Source: Candidatus Eiseniibacteriota bacterium (GTDB taxonomy: Bacteria > Chloroflexota > Limnocylindria > Limnocylindrales > CSP1-4). From it: a DNA stretch of 32,893 nt. This document shows, piece by piece, positions 18,874 to 28,530 of this stretch. The notes under the pieces are model-generated. The model saw only the letters and a list, made by a program, of their open reading frames with translations. It was not told the DNA's origin and searched no databases. The translations under genes and the position numbers were made by a program. Location: positions 1-32,893 of the forward strand of contig DASQFM010000101.1 of the NCBI GenBank assembly GCA_035633135.1, in the 5' to 3' direction. Position 1 is the stretch's first letter. Each line of letters begins with the position of its first letter.

Positions 18874-20238
18874 GTGGTCGCTCCGTACGAGGCAGTGTCC
18901 GGCATCGAGCTCATCGAAGGCGCGAAGTCAAAGGGCATCCGCTTCGTCCAGCTCCAGTTCACCGACATCATGGGCGTCGTCAAGGCGGTGACGATCCCGA
19001 TCCATCAGCTCGAAGGCTCGGTTCGCCACGGAACCTGGTTCGACGGCTCGTCCATCGAGGGCTTCACCCGGATCGCCGAGAGCGACCAGTACCTGATGCC
19101 CGACATGCGGACCTTCGCCGAGATCCCATGGCAGAAGGGGACCGGCTTGCGCGGCACGGCGCGCGTCATCTGCGACGTCTTCACGCCGCGCGGTGAGCCG
19201 TTCGCGGGCGACCCACGGTTCGTCCTCCGACGCCAGGTCGAGCGGGCCAAGAAGCTTGGCTACCTCGTCAACATGGGCCCCGAGCTCGAGTTCTTCCTGT
19301 TCCGCCGCGGCGACGACGGCGGGATCGAGCCGTTGCCTCACGATCAGGCCGGCTACTTCGACTTCAGCACCGACCTCGCGGGCGAAATCCGCCACGACAT
19401 GGTCGACGCCCTCGAAGCCTTCGGGATCCGGGTCGAGGCGGCCCACCACGAGGTCGCCGCCGGCCAGCACGAGATCGACTTCGAGTATGCCGACGCCCTC
19501 CAGACCGCCGACAACGCGATCACCTTCAAGTTCACCCTCAAGGCGATCGCCCAGCAGCACGGCCTGTACGCGACGTTCATGCCCAAGCCGATCTACGGCA
19601 TCAACGGCTCGGGGATGCACACCCACCAGAGCCTGTACTCGATCGCCGAGGAGCGAAATGCCTTCGCCGACGCCGAGTCGTCGTACGGCCTCTCGCCGCT
19701 CGCGAAGTCGTACATGGCCGGCATCCTCGCCCATGCCCGCGGCATGATCGCCGTCCTCGCGCCGCTGGTGAACAGCTACAAGCGGCTGGTCCCCGGCTAC
19801 GAGGCTCCGACGTACCTCACCTGGGGCCGGACGAACCGGTCCGCCCTGATCCGCGTCCCGATGGTCTCGCCCGGCAAGTCGGTCGAGGGCACGCGGGTCG
19901 AGGTCCGCTGTCCGGATCCATCCTCGAACACCTACCTCGCCTTCGCGGCCATGATCGCGGCCGGCCTGGACGGCGTCGAGAAGGAAATGGTCCTCGGCGA
20001 CCCGGTCGAGGAGTCGCTCTTCGAGATGGACGCCGCCCAGATCGCCTCGAAGTCGATCAAGGAGTTGCCGGGCACCCTCGGCGAAGCGCTCATCGAGCTC
20101 GAGGGCGACGACGTCATCCGGGAGGCGCTAGGCGACCACGTCTTCGACCACTTCGTCGCTGCCAAGCGCGAGGAGTGGGACGAGTACCGGACCCAGGTCT
20201 CCGACTGGGAGGTGGAGAGGTACTTAGAGCAGTTCTAG
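18874..20238 (+). CDS. glnA: glutamine synthetase, type I
   Basis: FVQLQFTDIMGVVKAVTIP, GPELEFFLF, HHEVAAGQHEIDF, NGSGMHTHQSL, RVPMVSPG...TRVEVRCPDPSSNTYLAFAAMIAAGLDG. GTG at 18874 after GGGAGG is preferred over the ORF maximum at 18805. Confidence 0.95.
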   Translation: MVAPYEAVSGIELIEGAKSKGIRFVQLQFTDIMGVVKAVTIPIHQLEGSVRHGTWFDGSSIEGFTRIAESDQYLMPDMRTFAEIPWQKGTGLRGTARVICDVFTPRGEPFAGDPRFVLRRQVERAKKLGYLVNMGPELEFFLFRRGDDGGIEPLPHDQAGYFDFSTDLAGEIRHDMVDALEAFGIRVEAAHHEVAAGQHEIDFEYADALQTADNAITFKFTLKAIAQQHGLYATFMPKPIYGINGSGMHTHQSLYSIAEERNAFADAESSYGLSPLAKSYMAGILAHARGMIAVLAPLVNSYKRLVPGYEAPTYLTWGRTNRSALIRVPMVSPGKSVEGTRVEVRCPDPSSNTYLAFAAMIAAGLDGVEKEMVLGDPVEESLFEMDAAQIASKSIKELPGTLGEALIELEGDDVIREALGDHVFDHFVAAKREEWDEYRTQVSDWEVERYLEQF

Positions 20239-20260
20239 CCACTGGCCCCTGCTCATCCGC

Positions 20261-20290
20261 GAGAGCGGGCCTTCGGGCCCGCTCTTTCGA
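20261..20290 (+). terminator. intrinsic terminator-like hairpin after glnA
   Basis: GAGAGCGGGCC-UUCG-GGCCCGCUCU gives a 10-11 bp stem with a UUCG loop, followed by TTTCGATT. It lies 23 nt after the glnA stop. Confidence 0.6.
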
Positions 20291-20364
20291 TTCGGCGGGT
20301 CCCTCTAGATTCGGCGCGTCCCTTTCGTTTCGGCGCATCACGTTCGATTCGGCGCGGCTAGCCG
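20289..20364. repeat. 19-bp tandem repeat, 4 units, core GATTCGGCGCG
   Basis: Units start at 20289, 20308, 20327 and 20346, exactly 19 bp apart: gattcggcgggtccctcta / gattcggcgcgtccctttc / gtttcggcgcatcacgttc / gattcggcgcggctagccg. Confidence 0.8.
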
Positions 20365-20573
20365 TCCGGATATCGATCACGGCAGTAACGCAGGGCCTGG
20401 AGCCGGCGGCAGTCGGCCGCGAGCCCCGACGACCCTTTACGTCGGCGCCACGGCGGCCGGACGCGTGCTTGTTGGCTCGGACGAGCCCGTCTGTGGGCAC
20501 GCGACGTCGTCTTCGTGGCCGGTGAGCCACCCGTAACCAACTGGATAGCGGCCCGGCTAATGCTGGGGTCGAT

Positions 20574-21398
20574 ATGGGCGACCGTAGTCCGTCGATCGAA
20601 CCCGGCGGTATCGGGCAGAACGCGCCTGGCGCCCGCAGAGCCAGCAGACACCTGCGAACGGGACGGGCCCGCGCGGCGCAGGTGGCGATCCGCCTGGGAA
20701 TTGGCCTGCGCGAATCCCGGCGCGCGAGCGGGCTCACCCAGGCGGAGGCCGCCGACCGCATCGGGATCTCCCAGCCGCGATGGAGCGAGCTCGAACGCGC
20801 AGAGGGCGACAGCGCCTCGATCGCGACGTGGGCAGCGGCGGCAGCTGCCGTCGAGCGCCAGCTCGCGGCGTTCATCGAGCAGGCACCCGGCGCCAATCAG
20901 CCTAACGACCTCGAACACCTCCGTCGGCAGAACGCGCTCATCGAGATCGCCCGTTCCGGTGGATGGCAGGCGCTGCCGGAACTGGCGATCGATCGCGACG
21001 CCGCCTGGTCGAGGGCGATTGACGTCGCCCTGATCCGAAGCCATCGGAGCGAGGCTGCGGCCGTCGAGATCTGGGACTGGATCGCCGATGGTGGTGCGGC
21101 CCTCCGAAGCTTCGACGCGAAGGTCAACGCGCTGGGGATGCACCTTGACCGACACCAGCCGCTTCAGGGTCCGCCTCCTTGGACGGTGCGTGGACTCTTC
21201 ATCGTTCGCGACACCAGTCGCAATCGAGTCCTCGTCGGCGAGCTCCGTGCGCTCTTTCACGCACGCTTCAGCGCTTCATCGGTGGCCTGGCTTGCGGCAC
21301 TGACGAGGCCGGATCGATCGATGCCGGAGACCGATGGGCTTGTGTGGAGCTCCGCCAACGGCAAGCAGCTTCGGCCCAGTCGGCTCGGGCGAGGGTGA
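20574..21398 (+). CDS. XRE-family HTH protein fused to a ~190 aa C-terminal domain of unknown function
   Basis: HTH: LRESRRASGLTQAEAADRIGISQPRWSELERAEG. The C-terminal part has no motif I can assign. The antisense ORF 20358..21260 has no motifs. Confidence 0.7.
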   Translation: MGDRSPSIEPGGIGQNAPGARRASRHLRTGRARAAQVAIRLGIGLRESRRASGLTQAEAADRIGISQPRWSELERAEGDSASIATWAAAAAAVERQLAAFIEQAPGANQPNDLEHLRRQNALIEIARSGGWQALPELAIDRDAAWSRAIDVALIRSHRSEAAAVEIWDWIADGGAALRSFDAKVNALGMHLDRHQPLQGPPPWTVRGLFIVRDTSRNRVLVGELRALFHARFSASSVAWLAALTRPDRSMPETDGLVWSSANGKQLRPSRLGRG

Positions 21399-21471
21399 CC
21401 GGGCCGGGGAGTCACCCGCGGGCACCGAGGCGGGCTCGAAGTCACGGCGCCTGCGCCGCTATCCTGCCGGG

Positions 21472-22758
21472 GTGCCCAGCGCTGAAGCCGCGTCGACGAT
21501 CGCGGTCGCCGCGGACGGCCGGGCGATACGGCCCAACCTGACCCTTTGGCTGCTGTCGATCGCCCATGCGGTGAACCACGCGCAGGCCGTCGTCCTGCCG
21601 CTGATCTTCGTCAAGATCATCGACGAGTTCGACGTGGGCGTGCAGGCGGTCACCTACGTCGCCGCCGCGGGCGCCATCTCATCGGGGGCCGTCCAGGTCA
21701 CCTTCGCCTTCCTCACCCGACGGATCGCGCGGCGCTGGCTCATGGGGGCCGGCGGGCTGATCTTCGGGCTCGGTTTCGCGGCCCAGGCACTGGCGACCAC
21801 GTTTTCGTCATTTGCCGCGATCAACGTCGTGTCGCGCATCGGCGGCTCGCCGCAGCATCCGGTCGGCAACGGCCTGCTGGCCGAGCAGTTCCCGCCCGAG
21901 CGCCGCGGGTTCGCGATCAGCGCCCACATCTCCGGCGGCAACGTGGGCACGGTGGTCGTCGCCCTGGCCGGACCGGTTATCCTGGCGACGCTCGGCTGGC
22001 GCGGTGCGTCGCTCATCTTCGGCATCCCCGCGGCCCTGGCCGCCGTCGCGATCATGGCCTGGGTCCGGGAGTCCGGTGCCGACCGCCTGGCGGCGATCTC
22101 CCAGGGCAGTGTCCGGGCGGCGATGGGGACGATCGTGCGCGATCCAACGATCCGGCGGATCTACCTCACCGCCTTCCTCGGTGGCGGTGGTCGGGGGCTG
22201 GGCGTCGCCAACCTGTTCGCGCTGCTCTACCTGACGAAGGTCCTCGGCCTGCCGGCCGCGACCACCGACCTGATGTACGGCGCCCTGATCGTGCTGTCGG
22301 TGCCGGTGCCGCTGATCGCCGGCTGGCTGTCCGATCGGTTCGGGCGGCGGCCGATCATCGTCGGCGCCTACCTCGGTGGTGCCCTGGGCTTCATGGTGTT
22401 CGTCGCCGTCGGCTCGAGCCTGTTGGGGTTGTGGATCGGGCTCGCGATCATGGGCCTGTTCTCGTTCGCCGAGAGCCCCCAGCTCCAGGCGCTGCTCGCC
22501 GATGTCGCGCCAGTCGGCATTCGTGACGCCGCGTTCGCGCTGTACTTCACGCTCGCCTTCGGGATCGGCTCGCTCTGGATCGCGCTCTACGGCGCGATCA
22601 TCGCGGCGCTGGGGGAGCAGGCGGGCCTGCTGGTGGTGTTCGGCATGATGGCGGCCTCGTTCGTCGCGGCGGCCGTCGTGATGCTGCCGGTTCGCGATCC
22701 AACGCGCGACGATTGGGCGACCCGGCGGGCGACGATCGAGCCGGTCGAATCGGTCTGA
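21472..22758 (+). CDS. MFS transporter
   Basis: Multiple TM segments. AEQFPPERRGFAISAH and GWLSDRFGRRPIIV are MFS loop motifs. GTG at 21472 avoids a 65-nt overlap with the upstream gene; the ORF maximum is 21334. Confidence 0.8.
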   Translation: MPSAEAASTIAVAADGRAIRPNLTLWLLSIAHAVNHAQAVVLPLIFVKIIDEFDVGVQAVTYVAAAGAISSGAVQVTFAFLTRRIARRWLMGAGGLIFGLGFAAQALATTFSSFAAINVVSRIGGSPQHPVGNGLLAEQFPPERRGFAISAHISGGNVGTVVVALAGPVILATLGWRGASLIFGIPAALAAVAIMAWVRESGADRLAAISQGSVRAAMGTIVRDPTIRRIYLTAFLGGGGRGLGVANLFALLYLTKVLGLPAATTDLMYGALIVLSVPVPLIAGWLSDRFGRRPIIVGAYLGGALGFMVFVAVGSSLLGLWIGLAIMGLFSFAESPQLQALLADVAPVGIRDAAFALYFTLAFGIGSLWIALYGAIIAALGEQAGLLVVFGMMAASFVAAAVVMLPVRDPTRDDWATRRATIEPVESV

Positions 22759-22759
22759 G

Positions 22760-23299
22760 GTGAGCCTCGAGGTCCTCGTCATCGGCGCGGTTCGGGTGAT
22801 CGGATCAGTGCCGGTCCTGCGCTGGCCGCTGGCAGGCGGGATCCTCGCGATCCTGGTGGACCTGTCCGACCTGCTCCTGATGAACGTCCTCGATCTCGGT
22901 GGCATACCGGACTACCAGCGCTTCGACAAGGCCATGGACCTTGCCTACATGGGCGCCTTCCTGGTCGTCGCGCTGCGCTGGAGGGGCCCCGACCGCTGGG
23001 TCGCGGTGGCCTTGTTCGCATACCGGATGATCGGCCTCGTCGCCTTCGAGATCAGCGCCGAGCGCGCGCTGCTGCTCCTATTCCCGAATGTGTTCGAGCC
23101 GTGGTTCCTCCTGGTCGCCGCGCTCCACCATCGCTGGAACCCGGTGCCCTGGACAAACCTTCGGCTGGGCTGTGCGTTGGCAGCGCTGCTGCTGGTCAAG
23201 GAGGCCCAGGAATGGGCACTCCACTGGGCGAAGTTGTTCGACAACATCAGCGCACTCGAGGCGATCGACCGCGTCTGGCGCTTGCTCACCGGCGGATGA
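22760..23299 (+). CDS. hypothetical integral membrane protein
   Basis: GTG start 2 nt after the MFS stop. Four to five hydrophobic helices. No recognisable motif. Confidence 0.6.
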   Translation: MSLEVLVIGAVRVIGSVPVLRWPLAGGILAILVDLSDLLLMNVLDLGGIPDYQRFDKAMDLAYMGAFLVVALRWRGPDRWVAVALFAYRMIGLVAFEISAERALLLLFPNVFEPWFLLVAALHHRWNPVPWTNLRLGCALAALLLVKEAQEWALHWAKLFDNISALEAIDRVWRLLTGG

Positions 23300-23446
23300 C
23301 GAGAACGGTCAGCTCCGGCGACGCTCTTCCCGCACGAGGCAGATAGTCCACCCGGGGTGCCAGAATCACTGAGCAGCCGCACAGCTCGAGGGACCCGGCG
23401 ACCCTCTGCTATCATCCTCGGGCCCTGTCGAACGGGCTCCCTCAGT

Positions 23447-24973
<1,527 letters not shown>

Positions 24974-24977
<4 letters not shown>

Positions 24978-25216
24978 GGCCTGGTCAGCTCCTCCCGGCC
25001 ACCCGAGACGACCTTGAGGGAAGGGAAGCCATGAGCCTGGTGCGTAGCGTCTGTACCTGACTGCGGTTGCCCTTTGTCGCTGCTCATGCGACCGAACATA
25101 CCGTCGGCCGCCGCACGAAGGCCAGCCCGCTTCAGTTGGGCATCGATCACGGCCTGTGCGAGGGCGGCCACGAGCGGCGAAGGGCTCACGGTCCACCGAC
25201 GAGGCTCGGTCGTCAT
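24974..25216 (-). CDS. hypothetical 80-aa protein, translationally coupled to the recombinase
   Basis: The ATG at 25216 overlaps the stop of the upstream small ORF (ATGA), and its own stop overlaps the recombinase start (GTGA). No motif. The ORF maximum starts at 25228. Confidence 0.5.
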
Positions 25217-25434
25217 CTGGTCGTACATCTGGAGGCAGACGCAGCCTTAGGACGGCAGACAGGTGTCGGCCTGCTCTTGTGGTAAGCCATCGGACGCGGC
25301 CGCGTCGAGCCGCAGTGCAGGGCACCCCCGTAAGGGGTTGCACCGTGCACCGGGTGATCGCTGAGTGCAGCCTGTGCGTTCGTGAATGCACCTTCGGTGC
25401 AGACCGGATGCACAGAAGGTGCGAGTGCACTCAT
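25213..25434 (-). CDS. hypothetical 73-aa Cys/His-containing protein
   Basis: The ATG at 25434 overlaps the RepA-like stop (ATGA) and follows GAGG. It contains HPVCTEG...HPVHG...LHCG. The coding sequence coincides with the TGCA motif cluster. Confidence 0.4.
   Translation of the reverse strand: MSALAPSVHPVCTEGAFTNAQAALSDHPVHGATPYGGALHCGSTRPRPMAYHKSRPTPVCRPKAASASRCTTR
25316..25429. repeat. cluster of 8 RTGCAS motifs, including perfect palindromes TGCACCTTCGGTGCA and GAGTGCACTC
   Basis: TGCA at 25316, 25339, 25346, 25366, 25387, 25398, 25409 and 25426. Spacings are 23, 7, 20, 21, 11, 11 and 17 nt. Confidence 0.7.
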
Positions 25435-26549
25435 GCGAGCGCCTCATCGCCAGCAGGTGTCACCTCGTAGGGGTGCTTCGGACCGAGCAGGCCCCCCTCG
25501 CGCAACCGCTTGATCGCATCGGAGACGGCCCTCTTGCTCAGTCCGAGGCTCGCCGCGATGACAGTTGGGTTCTCGCCGCCTTCGGCAATCGCCCGAAGGA
25601 CTCGGTCGTCGCTCGTCTCCCTCCGCTCCGTTCCGATGTGAACGACCTTCCAGATCCCACCCGCTTGGGCAATGACGAGTTCGGACTTCGGCACCTTCTT
25701 GAACATCCGCCAGTTGGCTCGGCCACCGCCGAGATCGGCGAGGAGCGCTACCGCATCTACCGTCCGGGTCCATTGACCCATCACGTCCGAGAGGTTTGAG
25801 CCGTGGGCAAGAGTGGTCGTGTAGCGACCCCGAGGCGGCTTTACAAGGTGCACGAAGATCACGACCGCGCAGCCAAGATCCCCTGTCAGCCGCCGGAGGA
25901 AGCGCATCGCGGCCTTCAGTTCTGATCCCCACTCCTCGCCCACCATGCTGGTCCCCGTGTCGAGCATCAGGACATCCGGGCGGTGCGTTGCCACCTGCTC
26001 GCGGAGGTAGACCTGCGAGCCCTCGTCACCGAGATTGAGTGCCGGGAACGACACCGACCAATAGGTGGTGGCCTGAGTGCGACGGACGCCCAGTGCGGCG
26101 AACACCTGCTCCTCCCGCCGGAACTCCTCGCGGTCTCCGTTCTCTTCGTCGACCTCAAGGACCACGCAGGTGCGGGGGATCGGGTAGTAGCCGAACAAGG
26201 AACCGCCGCAGGTCGTGAGCCTCACGCCCATCTCTTTGCGGACGTGGCTCTTGCCAAGGGCCTCACGAGAAGCGATGACGAGGATCTGGCCCGGCCGGAG
26301 CACGCCTTCGATCACCCAAGCATCGACATCGAGCGGCGGCAGCGAGGCTCCGACGTTGCGAGGCCGGGGCCGGGGTGCAGGTCCGTCCTCAGGGCCGCGC
26401 CCGGCATCACCACTACTCTTGTCGCCCGAAGCTTCGTCCGTCCGAGGTGCGCGCCTCGCTGGCGGCCGGATTAGTGAGTCAGCGTCGGAGCGGGCATCCC
26501 ATGCAGGCCAGCCTCGGGTAACCTCAGTCGGTCGGCGCTGCGGGTCCAA
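25431..26549 (-). CDS. RepA-like / AAA_25-type P-loop ATPase with C-terminal winged-helix domain
   Basis: TTG at 26549 preceded by GGAGG with a 6-nt spacer; the ORF maximum is TTG 26624. Walker A-like LVIASREALGKSH and Walker B-like DVLMLDTGTS. C-terminal wHTH: VLRAIAEGGENPTVIAASLGLSKRAVSDAIKRLREGGLL. Confidence 0.75.
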   Translation of the reverse strand: MDPQRRPTEVTRGWPAWDARSDADSLIRPPARRAPRTDEASGDKSSGDAGRGPEDGPAPRPRPRNVGASLPPLDVDAWVIEGVLRPGQILVIASREALGKSHVRKEMGVRLTTCGGSLFGYYPIPRTCVVLEVDEENGDREEFRREEQVFAALGVRRTQATTYWSVSFPALNLGDEGSQVYLREQVATHRPDVLMLDTGTSMVGEEWGSELKAAMRFLRRLTGDLGCAVVIFVHLVKPPRGRYTTTLAHGSNLSDVMGQWTRTVDAVALLADLGGGRANWRMFKKVPKSELVIAQAGGIWKVVHIGTERRETSDDRVLRAIAEGGENPTVIAASLGLSKRAVSDAIKRLREGGLLGPKHPYEVTPAGDEALA

Positions 26550-26838
26550 GCCGCACCTCCGATGGTTCGGCCGCCCCGAGCTGCTCGCTGACCGGGGCGG
26601 CCGTCTCTGTCTCAGGGCGCACAACTGCTGCCGCTTCCGCGGCGTCCCGCCCCGCTTCCTTGGCGGCCTTGTCAGCCCACTCCTCTAAGGCCCGGCGGTT
26701 GACCCGCCATGTCCCACTGAGCCTGACGGCGCCAGGAAGCTGGCCGCGCCGTGCCAGCAGATATGCCCGGCTGACGCTGATGGCGAGCAGCTGCGCTGCC
26801 ACGGCCATTCGTACGAGGACGACCTCGTCCTTCGACAA
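26524..26838 (-). CDS. excisionase/AlpA-like HTH DNA-binding protein
   Basis: TTG at 26838 preceded by GAGGAGGTGG. VAAQLLAISVSRAYLLARRGQLPGAVRLSGTWRVNRRALEEW matches the excisionase-type (MerR-like, HTH_17) pattern. Confidence 0.7.
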   Translation of the reverse strand: MSKDEVVLVRMAVAAQLLAISVSRAYLLARRGQLPGAVRLSGTWRVNRRALEEWADKAAKEAGRDAAEAAAVVRPETETAAPVSEQLGAAEPSEVRLGPAAPTD

Positions 26839-26927
26839 CGGGCCACCTCCTCGGGTTGTGCTGTGCTGCGACCGACGCGTATCTGTCACCCAGCACCGAT
26901 GCTTGCAGCGGCGAGCACCCGCGTCCA

Positions 26928-27899
26928 ATGTTGTCCCCTATCCTTATCCCCATCATGTTCGAGACTGTCGGCCGCCTTCGGCGGGAGGCTCTCCTTGACG
27001 TCGACCCGGCATTCACCGCGCACGGCTGGCATCCGCCGATCGAAACTTGGCTCGATGGTCACGATCTGCACTTCTCTCGCGAACTAGATGCGTCCAGAAC
27101 GCTGCTACCGACCGAGGGCCTACTGACTACCTTTGTCCGGCTTGAACTGGCTCCCGCGGAGGACGTCGAGCTGTTCGCACGGAACTGGGGTCGGCTCCAC
27201 CTCTGTGCGCACGCGCTGCCTTACACCCATAGCCTGTACAGGCCCGGGTTGCGGATTCCGCCGGGCACCTACCTGCCGCCCGATGACGCGGATCGACCCC
27301 CAGAGCCCGTGCCTCCGGACACCGCCGCCGACCCGCCACCTGACTGGTGGCCGACGGCGGATCGAGACGTGGTTCGGCAGCGGACGCAGCACTCTTGGGG
27401 CGACTCCGAACCCCTCGCGGGGTGGCGTTACCTCGCGGGGCAAATGGCGGGAGTCCTCCAAGTGGCGGCGCTCCTCGACACAGGCGTCTCGCCGTCCGCA
27501 GCGACGTGGGAGCGGGCTGGCGGGCCGATGGCGTGGCTGCTGGTCGAGCGTTTCGACTGGCACACAGAGCCAGCCCTCCGGACTCTCCTCCTCAGCCTCG
27601 TCAACGAACTTCTCGCCCTCTGCGCGCCCGTGATCCGCATCGCGCCGACGGGGCTGGCGATTGGTGGGGACGGCTTGTCATCGGCTCTCGCGATGCAGCT
27701 CGCGCTCGCCGTGGCCCGCGAGGAGACGGACTTCCTGCCGTGCCGGGAGCCGGGATGTACCAACCCTGCTCTACGTCCACGACGCGGGGCCACGCCATAC
27801 TGCGGGTTCCACCTCGCCCACGGTGTTCGGCGCCGCGACGAGTTACGTCGTCATCGAGAGCGGGAGCGTGAACGCCAATCCCGCCGCGCGTCAGGGTAG
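26928..27899 (+). CDS. hypothetical protein with C-terminal Cys/His cluster and basic tail
   Basis: Divergent from the xis-like gene. First ATG at 26928 (alternatives ATG 26955 or TTG 26856; no clear SD). C-terminus CREPGCTNP...YCGFHLAH followed by RRRDELRRHRERERERQSRR. Confidence 0.55.
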   Translation: MLSPILIPIMFETVGRLRREALLDVDPAFTAHGWHPPIETWLDGHDLHFSRELDASRTLLPTEGLLTTFVRLELAPAEDVELFARNWGRLHLCAHALPYTHSLYRPGLRIPPGTYLPPDDADRPPEPVPPDTAADPPPDWWPTADRDVVRQRTQHSWGDSEPLAGWRYLAGQMAGVLQVAALLDTGVSPSAATWERAGGPMAWLLVERFDWHTEPALRTLLLSLVNELLALCAPVIRIAPTGLAIGGDGLSSALAMQLALAVAREETDFLPCREPGCTNPALRPRRGATPYCGFHLAHGVRRRDELRRHRERERERQSRRASG

Positions 27900-28421
27900 C
27901 TGGCGCCTGGCGAGAGCGGACAGTCGCCTCCGGGCTTTCGTCACCTCCGTGCCCGCGGCCTCGGCTCGCTGAACCTGCTCCTTCTTGCGGCGGGTAACGT
28001 CGAAGAGGAAGATCGGCAGTCGGTCGATGAATGCCTCGTAATCCTCGTACTTGGCTAGAGCGACGCGACGTCCCGGGCCCGGTTCGTCGGAGTCGCCGGG
28101 GTCGAGAGCAGCGGTTCGGAGGGCCCTGACGGCGACCTCGCCGCCGCAGAGGACGGCGTAGCGGCAACGATAGTGATCGGCCTCGGCGTCGAGGTAGGCC
28201 GCGGCTAGACATACAGACCCGTCGACGTCGAAGGCGTGGAGCCCAACGCTTCGTCGGTAGAGGTGCGCCCCAGGTCCCATCAGGTCAGCGAGGCCCTTGG
28301 CGAGCCGCTGGACCCTGCGGCCAATGGCTCGCTCCTTGGTCAGCAGCTCGGCCTGAAGACGGGCTAGGCGGGTGAAGCTCTCCTCCAACTGACCGGGCGA
28401 GATCGACCACTTCCTGCTCAT
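27891..28421 (-). CDS. hypothetical protein (176 aa)
   Basis: ATG at 28421 preceded by GGAGGGAATC. Predicted helical N- and C-termini. Its 3' end overlaps the convergent gene by 9 nt. Confidence 0.55.
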   Translation of the reverse strand: MSRKWSISPGQLEESFTRLARLQAELLTKERAIGRRVQRLAKGLADLMGPGAHLYRRSVGLHAFDVDGSVCLAAAYLDAEADHYRCRYAVLCGGEVAVRALRTAALDPGDSDEPGPGRRVALAKYEDYEAFIDRLPIFLFDVTRRKKEQVQRAEAAGTEVTKARRRLSALARRQLP

Positions 28422-28530
28422 GATTCCCTCCGGTCGGCGGCCCGCCCGAAATCAGTTCGCTCTCGGTGCTCGCGGCCTCGAACCCGCCACCGTCGGCGCC
28501 CTGCGTCCTCCCGACGCTACGCTCGCAAGG

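Noticed and set aside
20289-20364. The 19-bp tandem repeat, considered as a possible CRISPR array.
   Set aside because: The units abut with no spacers, the unit is too short, and no cas genes are present. It is a simple tandem repeat.
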